Shown: positions 54,246 to 64,000 of the stretch, piece after piece
How the letters are laid out: the number at the start of each line of letters is the position of its first letter
Position numbering within the stretch: the first letter of the stretch is position 1
NCBI GenBank assembly: GCA_964187785.1
Contig: OZ076409.1
Span: 39,868,001-39,932,000, forward strand
Reading direction: 5' to 3'
DNA from: Amphiscolops sp. MND2022
Taxonomy: Eukaryota
Length of the DNA stretch: 64,000 nucleotides
Notes under the pieces: generated by a model
What the model was told of the DNA's origin: nothing
Seen by the model: only the letters and a program-made list of their open reading frames with translations
Database searches by the model: none
Made by a program: the position numbers and the translations under genes

Positions 54246-54289
54246 TGTGAAGTAAATGAAAACACGACAAGTTTCCCGTCCTATTGCAC

Positions 54290-54540
54290 TGATTATGCGG
54301 CACTGTACGGATTGAGCAGTGGAAACAATACGATACTATACGCAATTGTAGTGAGGACTAAACGGCATCACGCGGTTTGAGGTGTGATGACTATACGTCA
54401 CTATGCGGATTTACAAGATGGACTATACGGCATCATGCGGTTCTAGGTGTGATGACTATACGTCGCTATGCGGATTTGCAAGGTGGACTATACGGCATCA
54501 TAAGGTTCAAGGTGTGATGATTCTACGTCACCATGCGGAA
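54290..54540 (+). repeat. 65-bp-period array (3+ units), internal
   Basis: GGACTA(T/A)ACGGCATCA at 54355, 54420 and 54485. Confidence 0.9.
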
Positions 54541-54639
54541 ATGAAGATGAAAGCGTGCTGTAGTAGAACATGTCAATAAATGGACACGTTTTGCCTCCAC
54601 AGGACAGAAAAAGGAATGACAACTACATACATCAACTTT

Positions 54640-57517
54640 TTATAATCTGTCTGGAGAAACCTCAAGCTTATTTATAAAAGGAGAAATTTGATTGAACCCC
54701 CCATAAAATACACTGAAACAAAAACGCGAAGAGTTGTATTTCGGACTCCTAATACTAACTAAGATTAGCGCAAATAGAAATTGCCAGGAGATAAAATAAC
54801 TAACATTGATCGAGGACACATCTGATATTGAATAGTCGTGTGAGATAAGCAGTATCCAGACGAAATCATTCGTCAAGCGTATTGGGCTAGAAAAACACAT
54901 GGGATAATTGATTACGAGACTAACTGTGCAATATACCGTGAGTAGAGATAATAACCTTTCTCATGTGGAAACTGTATGCAGGAAGCCGGACAATTTGGTT
55001 GAGGTGATCTCTAACTTCCCAGTTGTTCTCTAACTCCCAGCTGTGCGACAAAATTTCGATTAGGGTCGAGGCATCAGCACGGGAATACTCGAGTCGCAGT
55101 ACACACTAAGAAAAGAATGGAAACACTTAAGCAAATCTTGCCTCAATTACATTAGGAATATAAATTAGGAGACTGAAAGACCTTGTGTAAGGTGGGTAAA
55201 CTCTGCAAACAATCTTTATCTATGGCTGTCCTGAGTTTCATCAGGAGAAAGTCTAAAATTGTCCTGAAATCGCGGCGCTCAAAAATTTGGGCGGTGGGTG
55301 TGGCAAGACAGCGCTCAAAATCATTAGCACCAAATGTGTTGACTAATGATGGCGTTTTTGTCCCTGATAGACAAGATCTCAGACATTCATTTAGTTTATC
55401 CTCATTTCCAATCAGAGAAACGCAGGCTGGAAGCACTTCGAAGAGACTGAGGAAAGAAGACACGAGGGAAAGAACCCTCCTCGGTAAGAGAAGTCCTCTC
55501 GGTGCTCCACCAAAGCAAACCCTATGCATTATACTTTCTGACAAAAAGCAGAGAATGACATAAGAAGCTGTGGTAGTGTGCTGTATGGCTAGGGAGTAAC
55601 AGTCAGAAGTTGATATGGCCTTGACGCAATAGTCCATCAGCTCTCGGAACATTTAGGCCAAAGTTTCCTGTAAAAGAAAAATTATTACCGCTTGTACAAT
55701 CGACTAATGTCTACAATGAAACTTGATGCTAAAACAACTTTGGATTTCAAAAGAAACGCGAATTTCACATCTTCTCAGATGAAAATTGTGCAAAAAAAAC
55801 GAGACTTACAAAGATGCGCTGTTTACTCCAATTTTTCACAGACAGACGATCACGTGATGTTAAACGAACTAGTTCATCGTACATCCCTGTCAGACTGGCA
55901 ATGTTTCCACCATGCCTTAGCCCAAATTTGAGGATGTTGATTTGTGACAGTATCTTTTCCGTTTGACTGGTAGTGACGCTAAAGTCCTGGACGGACTCTT
56001 GTCCCACGAGTGGCCGGTAAAAATCAAGCTGAGGTGGTATGGGATAATTATCTTTTGCTTTCTTTTTCGCATCCTGTAATGCTACACCGAGCAGTTCTTT
56101 TTCGTCACGATCAAAAAGAGGCATCCCTGGTATCTCCATTCTGATACGATGTCCTCTTATCAAGTGCGAGTCAGAGCGATAATGGGAGATTAACTCCAAA
56201 CATCCGCGACTCATTAAGGACAGCTCAACTCTACAGACTCGGCACCACCACTAGAATGGAGTCTTTTCTTTATCTAGGGGCCCTGTTGCTGAGAATTTCA
56301 ACACGGGGTGGCGTTTAAACATACTTCCAGTTAGGGAGTATTTAGGACGTCTCCGTTTCCCTCTAACCATAGTTGAACCTTCTTCAACTTCTGGAAGAGC
56401 AATGTCAGTACTGGCATTAGCGATCATTTCCTCTTGACTTGAAGTAGTCGCTAGAGAGGTGGGGTAACTTCGTCTATGACTGTAAGTGTCAAAGCTTGGT
56501 TCAGATCGGTATCATCTCCGGTAACGAATGACTGGGGAATCCTATCAAGAACACTAGATAAGATTAGGATCTCCTGCCTAGTATTACTGAGGCTTGGGAG
56601 AGTAGTTACAGGATAAATGACTAAAAGACTCATTCGAAAGAACTCCAGCAGTCGATGGGTCCTCTAGGCGATCCTGAATGTTGGGATTATTTCGCGCTTG
56701 GGTAGAAGAACTACCTTGAGCATGAAAAAAAATGCCTTCCTCTCGGATCAACTGACCGAATAGTGGCGTTCGAGTCTGAGAAATACCAGGAGGATTTGAA
56801 CTCCAAAAAAGATTTTGGGTGAAGTCACCCAATGACGCCTCCGTGGGCTTGGCAGTAACAGAAGATCTGGTAACGATCGGGCTGGTCCTAGTAAGTAGGC
56901 ACTATTCGAGCAGCTCACTCATTTCGTGTTTTTCACAAGAAGAGCTTGGGAGACCAGGTGTTGGTGACGTTCTTTCGGTCGCCTCTTCAACAATCCGTAA
57001 AGAGGCTTCAATGGGTGAATCTCCGACTATAGCGGGCTTCAATGGATCAGGAGTCGCGACCTTTAATAGAGTGTAAACTTTTTCGGGTGAACTAGATGGC
57101 GTGCCCTGGGCTGATCATTGTCCAACTGAAACAAATGATTTGTTGTTCAAATGAAAAGAGAACGAATCCTGCAAGCGAAAACGTTTTGCTATTACCTCAA
57201 ACCGGACGCAGGGACAGGAAATGAAAAGAAAATGGAAGTAGCTTAGAAGTCTGAAATGGAAACTTTTCGAAAAATTACATTTTTGGCATAGATTTTATTC
57301 TGGCCATTTTCAATCTGCAGGCCTGGCCAGCCTCTTTTGCAGACAAAAAAATTCAAATATAAAACAATGAACTGAATCCGGAAAAGAACACGTTGGACTT
57401 ACGGGATAAGAGTGCAGGCAGGATGTCAGTTCCCCAGAATTCGTCGTGACTGAGCGAAGCTAAGTTTCTTCGTGACCTACGCTTCCCTGTTGGGCTTGTA
57501 CCAGAGCCAGGATCCAT
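54640..57517 (-). pseudogene. Antisense accessory gene(s) B inside the Gypsy element (spliced, degenerate, unknown function)
   Basis: ATG exon 57517-57403 (MDPGSGTSPTGKRRSRR..) ends at a GTAAGT donor. 70-nt intron 57195-57126. Long P/S/T-rich frame downstream. ORFs 56214-55765 and 55652-55152, the latter following a TTTTACAG acceptor. Confidence 0.55.
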
Positions 57518-57925
57518 TAAGAGGGACAAATGATTTATAAATCAAAGAATCTACAGTAAGGAAGATTGCTGCAAAGTAAATTGAAAGAGGAGTAACAAGA
57601 TGAAAAATGAAGGAAACGAATCCAAATGACTGAGTTGAAGATTATGTTAAGAGATTGAATCTGCAAAGACTAGATTTTGACTAAATTACTGATTTTGACT
57701 GAGAACAGTGACAGTAGGCATCAAGGAAAGTCAAGGTGTGGCGTTAAGAAGAAGGCAAAAAAGCATATGAAACGAGTTTGCGCAAATGTGCAAAGCGTAT
57801 ACTGGAATCTGATTGGTTAATTAAATGTCAATCACGTCTGCCAGCGTGATTGATTGATTCACTATAGCTTTTGGATGAAAGAATACAAGTGGAAATATCA
57901 CTGCAAAGCATATTAGAACGATTTG

Positions 57926-58116
57926 GTATGCGAGAGTATGCGGCAGTTTGCTGATCGACTAATGACGAGTATAAGGCAGTATGCGGAATTGCAGTGAAGA
58001 CTATGCGGCAGTATGCAGATCGACTAATGACGAGTATGCGGCAGTATGCGGAATTGCAGTAAAGACTGTGCGGCAGGATGCGAATCGAGCAGTGACGCAT
58101 ACTCGGTATCCTGCGG
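57926..58116 (+). repeat. 65-bp-period array (~3 units), internal
   Basis: GATCGACTAATGACGAGT at 57953 and 58018; TATGCGG cores. Confidence 0.9.
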
Positions 58117-59643
58117 TTTTTGCTGTGTGTTTTCAAAGAGATGGATTAATACTACCAGTAATCAGAATTAGACGGAAAAAGTAGTATTACGTAAGGTGAT
58201 GAAGAAACTACTCACTCTCAAGGACAAACACGTGTGATACTATTGATGTTTTAATACACAAAACTAATGCTCTTTTGAACCTAATATGGTGGCAAAAGTT
58301 CTGTCTGGCGATACCTTTTGGAGGTTTCTGAATGAACTTACCAGTAAAACTGAAATTCTTTGTTGAATTTTTAGCCCAGTTGCATTTTTCAAATGCAGGA
58401 CTAAGATTAACGCATGGTTTTCCTGGTATAAACTTTAGCTTAGTAGTCTATGAGATTAAAATATGTTGTGTTCATGAGTTTTATAAATTCTTTTCTTTAT
58501 TCAACTAGTCATGTAAGTCAAAATAAATTCAATTCTGAACTGTTTTGATGAATATTTCATAAAAATATTTCTTATTTAGTTACTATGATGTTAGAATAGG
58601 TTTGTTTATATATCATTCAAATAATGGAGAAACGCTGTAACCCTTCATGATAAGTGATGATCTGTTGAAGTTTTAAATGAAACACCTTTTATGGAAGTTG
58701 TTTACAACTTGTTGTGGATGAATCCCTGAAAACCAAGACTCTACGAAACCTTTATAAAGTCGACGAGGGAAATAGAACATGACACTCAACTTTTCCACGG
58801 GTTTTTCTTTTCCCCTGAAGACCGAAGAAGAAGGGAAGTCCATCACAATATGGTCTTTAATTCAACTGAAAGTCAGTAATCTGTCTACTCCGAATCACTT
58901 TGTGAAAAAGTAGCTTTAAACATCTTCTCCAATCATCTGAAATCAAAACAAAAAAATCAACAACCCTAAAAGGAATGCAGTTCAACATTGATGAGATACT
59001 TGACAACTTTAATTCATCACCCTCCGTCATTGATGTGTCCAGTGAATCAAGGGAGGAGTTTATAGTAGAACCCGGGAATATCGAAGCTCTTGATAAAAGA
59101 TTTCGCGTGGTGAGCCCCAACTCAGATGCTATGTCTGCTTTTGTGGGCGCCGTTGCAGCAACCCTTTTCCCTTCTTCTTCTGTTCTTACCAGTCGGAAGA
59201 AGTCATTGACACCACTGGGTCACAAATTGAAAGACAGCTGATGGAACTGATTCAAGAGCACCAGAGTCACCGTTCAAGCTCCCCAACATCGTTCATTGAC
59301 ACTGAATTTTAGGAGTCCCCTGAATCGCCTTATGATCAGGAAATGGAGGACAGCCATTCATCAAACAGCTATGGCAGGTCCTCCGCTTTAGTCTTGCCAA
59401 GCCCCAAGGGGAAGAGGCCGAGGCAGGGGTCTGGTCCCGCACCCGATACCGACCTACCCAACGGGGTTTACTGCAGAAGCTAGCGGCTTCTCTGTCATAG
59501 GGGAGAATATGCAAGAGGTAAGAGCAAATTACTTCAATATTGGGTACACCAGTACACATTTTGGACTTCCAATCACCAACACGATCATGCCATTGGCCAA
59601 AATTATTAACCCAGCGTTGATGATGATACAGATTCCTCTGGTT

Positions 59644-61865
59644 ATCTCCTACCAAGTTACCATTAAAGGCCGTATGTTTGATTTGAATTCTAACCTATCA
59701 GCCTGTCAACCCATTTTTGTGACTACAGTTTTCTTGCTGTCATTTTCCGACGGTGGGATTTTGCCCTTCACTCGAGCTTTAAAACGGACTTTAAATTTCA
59801 GGAATGGAGTTTCCGATTTATGATGAGATTGTGTTTTATTCTAAATGTTTCAAATTTGAATTGAAACTTGACCCAAATTAATTTTTTTATTATGCGCTAT
59901 TCTAGAGAGTAAGATTACTCTTTCATTGCCGGAAAAATAGACACCGAGCACAGCCCGCGATTTGAAACTTTGATATGTTTGATGAAATACACTCGAATAG
60001 GTGTTCAGATTCGTTCCATAGTAGGCCTTTTGTAGATGCCGAACAAGTTCAGTACAAATAGCGAGTTCATTTTCATCAAGTTCTCGCCTTGTTCGCAATT
60101 AACTCGGTGTACAAAAAATGGAGTCAAATTTTGAGAGGAATTGAGTATCTTTTACTGGCATCTCTCCAATCATAAGAACGATAATAGCCTATCTGGGAAA
60201 AATTTCCGAAAATTGGTCGCTTGGATACCGATTTCTTCTAGTTGGATGGTACAACTTGGTGTTTGCTTTGGTAACATATAGCACTATGTAGTCTGCCAGG
60301 TCAAACAAGGTCCAGCAACAGTCCTTGTTTATCTCTCATCTGCATGTTCTGCCCTCTTTGAGCACCACCGATAGCACAGAGGAAAAATCTCTAAGAAGAA
60401 CCACAATACTGTGGCTTCCATAGGTGATGATGTTACAGACTACTGAGAGGCAAATAAAAAAGAGAGAAGGGAGATATAATGTATTGCAAACTGTATCTCG
60501 AATCAAAGGAGACCGCAACTGAATGTTATGTTAAGTAACTCATTCTAGCTTTTGTGACAGGTGTTGGTAAATACTATCTTGAATTCACTTTTAGCTTAAC
60601 TGGCCTTTTTGTACTCTGTAACCCGTAACTCTGTAATTGTACCCAAATAGTAATTTACCTTTCAGCATGGTACCACTATGCGGTACCATGCGGATCGATG
60701 AGTGACGTATACTCGTCGCTATGTGGAGTTTTCCACTCTATTATGCGTTATTATACGTTTCGAGGTGTGACGTATACTCGTCACTTTACGTTTTTTACAG
60801 AGACACTATGCGGCATCCTGCGGAACGAGTAGTGACGCATACTCGTCACTATGCGTTTCTTGCAGGACCTAATATATAACGTGAAAACGTGATATAGTGC
60901 TATTTGGAAATCATCTCGAATGCAATTTATACTATATTCTGAGTAATTTCCAGGGTTTCTCTAGTCCTTTCGTTAAAGATGTTCCGAACGTGATATAATT
61001 TAGTTGATGCTAAAAATAGGATGACGTTACCCTGACGTAATTCTATTTTTATTTTTTCCTAACAATGACTATGGTAAAAAGAGTGTCATGTTATTTTTTG
61101 AAGCTTCTTCATTGTAAACTGAGAGGGGGAATCATTCAAAACTCAACCTTCAAATAGTGCAGTTGTCCCCTTCGTACATTTGTAAACCTTTTGGTGACTT
61201 TGTGATACTCTCAGATCTTGTTATTTTGAATAAACAAGATAATTCAAATTCTTCCCCAAAAACCAGAGTTTGTTTTTCACTCAAAGCAATATGGGAAACA
61301 GACATAATAGACGTTTTAGATGATTGGAAACTCGTTTTAGATGGAGAAGTAGAAGTAACTCAAGTAGGAACGTCCATTTCAGGTAATGAGACTTTAACTA
61401 ATGTTAATAATGTAGTTCAAGGAGGTTTAGGTGAAAACACCTTAGAGAACCATTTTACTGAACCCAGTCAGATAAGCAACGAAATCCAAGAATGGACAGA
61501 GATTATGGATCAAAGGAATAATTGAAGGGTTGAAAAGATGAGAGAAGAAATGGAGAAGAAACTTGAAACAATCTTGAAGGAAGTAAAATCCAACAAACGT
61601 GCATCAACTGTAACAAACCCAAGGTCAGAAATCAACGAAATCAGAGACTCGCAACCGTCGGGAACCAAAACAAATACGTCTATAGGAGTTCACGCGTCTA
61701 ATAACGAAAACTCAGATTCTGAAAACGACGATTATCCTCTCAGAGCTTCTAAAATGAAAGAATTGAAACATCCTGCTAAACCATTGTTCCACAGTGAATC
61801 TGACGTAGAAGTAACCATACTTTCAAACAAAGAATCCGATGCCGACGAAGACGGGGATTATCACA
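59644..61865 (+). repeat. 3' LTR-like direct repeat (may extend left to TGTGATA at 58233)
   Basis: Homologous to 44675-47037. Ends GGATTATCACA, followed by unrelated sequence. Confidence 0.8.
60672..60858 (+). repeat. 65-bp-period array (3 units) in the 3' LTR
   Basis: GTGACG at 60702, 60767 and 60832. Confidence 0.9.
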
Positions 61866-64000
61866 ATTTGCCTACCACGTCTATGCCGTAGCGCTCCGTT
61901 GGCCGTCTTCGGCGTGTTTCCTTTTTCACTGATGCCTTCACGGCTTTCTTCTTTCCTTTTACAGGATTGTTTTCTTTCGTTGGGATTGGCTCGTACCAAT
62001 TTGGACCCTCTAGTCCTCTCTCACCATTATTGCTGAGTCAACTTCCTCCTCAAAATCTGATGTGGTGAACTTTAGGCCTGGGTCTACTTCTGAAACACCC
62101 TTTATTTTGTCTACAATGTTACTTTTTACCGTGTTCGGTTCTCGTCCATACAATTTTCCAAATGGTGACTTTCCGTCCGTTTTTTCTCCCATTCTTAGCG
62201 CGTATAATATTTCCGACAAACCCGATTTGCCTCTTTTTAAGACAATGTTTTTATTCGTTCGTTAACGTTCGTTTATAGTCCGGATAAGTCGCTCGATTGT
62301 ACCGTTTTCCCCGTGGACGCACTGGACAGGTTAATCGATTTATTTGGAAATTAAGACCAAATGTTTTGAGTTCTTCGCTAATAAATACAGTGCCCGAATC
62401 GGATCTAATTTGCTTTGGTATACCGTACTGTGATATGTAGTTTTTTAAAAATTCGATTACTTTCTTGGGTGTTGGTTTATGTAAAAATAGGGCGTCGGGC
62501 CATGCGAAAAAAATATCTATGGTTACTAGCAAGTATTTTTTTCCCGTAATCTGCTTTTTGAAAAGGACCCGCAAAATCCAGTGCTTTTTCGTGGTTAGGT
62601 TTTTCAGATTTTGGAATTTTCCCGGATTGTTTCTGTTTTAGTAAATGTTTAATGTTTTTACCTGCTGGGTTGCACTGATCGCAACTTTTTGCAGTGGTTA
62701 CCACTTTGCAGTGGAGTTTGGGCCACCAGATGTCTGAGATGTACCGTGACATGGTATCTCTACCAGGGTGTCCGTAAAGAATTGAGCTCATATTCGAAGC
62801 GCGTAAATTTGTCGGGATTACTAATCGTTCGTCCATGTACAGATAAATTCTCCTGTCAACGCTAAACGAATCCAATTTTTCGCGCCAGGGTTCAAGCAAC
62901 CGAGAGAGTTTTGCTCCTTTCTTCATTTTCACCAATTGGACTACTTTTTGGAGCATTTTGTCCGCTTCGTAATTTGCAGGTAAGAACGAATCGTTAATTT
63001 TATCAATAACTTCTGACGTGTTATTCAGCATATTTTTCTGATTTTCTCGCTCACTTACTTCATTTAGGTTCGGTACCGCACTGATTTTCTGCTCGTTCCG
63101 CCGCGTGTAACTTTCCTGCGATCTGATTGGTTGATTACCTTTTCGTTCTCTTGCTTACTCAGCAAGCTGTACGTCTTGCTCGCTTTCCACTCTCAATACC
63201 GAATCAGGCGCACGCGGCAGTTTCATCGATTTTGGCATCTCCAGTGGACTTGTCTCATTTTCTGAAATAGCATCAGTTTTTGAGATTGTATTTACAGTGA
63301 ACCAGTCGTTCCATAGTTTTTCAGATTTGACCACGTTTCTTTTCATTTCGCTCGGGTGTCGTGATAGATAATCTGCGAAGCCTAATACTCTACCTGGTGC
63401 ATGAATAACTTCAAATTCGAATGGTAGTAGTCTATCCACCTATCTTCTTAAGCAGCTAGAGAATGTTTTATTACTTCTATTCGGTTTTAGCACTGATGCC
63501 TACGCTTATTGGTCCGAAATGACTTTAAATTTGACGCCGTACACATAGTTTTCAAAATATTCGATCGTCCAAACTACAGCTAGTAGTTCCAATTCATTAA
63601 TAGAGTATTTGGATTCAAAACGTGTCAAAAATCTAGACGCAAATGACACTAGTTTCCATTTTTGGTTATTTTGGTGTTGCTGAAGTACCGCCCCTAATCC
63701 TTGATTACTCGCGTCGCAGATAATTCGCACTTTCTTATCTCTTTGAAAATGTGTCAGTCTTGTTATTCTTTTAACTTCTTGGTTAATCTTTAAAAATGCC
63801 TTCTCGTGTCCATTCCCACTCAGCTTCTTTTTTTATTATTGTTCTAAATGGTGCACAATTGTTAGCCAGGTCTGGTACAAATTTCTTCAATTGGTTAACT
63901 GCTCCCAGAAATGACCTCAATTCTCTCAAATTACCCGGGCGTAAACTTTCTGTGATTCCTTGCACTTTGCCATTTGCCGGGGAGATGCCTTCCCCTGACC
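61866..64000 (-). mobile_element. pol: Second Gypsy element, decayed pol (RT end, RNase H, integrase), continuing beyond the window
   Basis: LRSFLGAVNQ; IICDAS..GAVL; YSINELELLAV; HPG..WWP..C..C; ALDFAGPF; RSDSG; SPFGKLYGR. Frameshifted. Confidence 0.9.

Larger units (their letters stand above)
44675..61865 (+). mobile_element. Large decayed Gypsy/Metaviridae LTR retrotransposon with long LTR-like repeats and antisense accessory ORFs
   Basis: Direct repeats 44675-47037 and 59644-61865 both end GGATTATCA(G/C)A. A PBS follows the first. Order is gag-PR-RT-RH-IN. Left boundary uncertain. Confidence 0.85.

Noticed and set aside
54290..54540. CRISPR-like array
   Set aside because: Units are contiguous tandem repeats without unique spacers, the context is eukaryotic, and there are no cas genes

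Overview
AT-rich, intron-containing metazoan genomic DNA with no prokaryotic features. The repeat style is reminiscent of acoel worms, which is only an impression. There are three host genes, all on the + strand: the 3' part of a Tousled-like kinase (TLK) with a long low-complexity tail, the nuclear ATP synthase subunit c precursor, and a 5-exon PX-SH3-RhoGAP gene of the ARHGAP32/33 type. Introns and intergenic DNA are filled with non-autonomous repeats that have the architecture of Helentron-associated elements (HINE/DINE-1-like, at least two families, some nested), plus MITEs, a decayed Tc1 element and LINE/BEL relics. The right third holds a ~17-kb decayed Gypsy LTR retrotransposon with unusual architecture. 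Its multi-kb LTR-like repeats contain the first ~190 codons of gag. It has ~5 kb of antisense, apparently spliced accessory ORFs after pol. It also has four diverged 3-unit arrays that all share an exact 65-bp period and sit upstream of its candidate transcription units. A second decayed Gypsy pol on the - strand abuts its right end.
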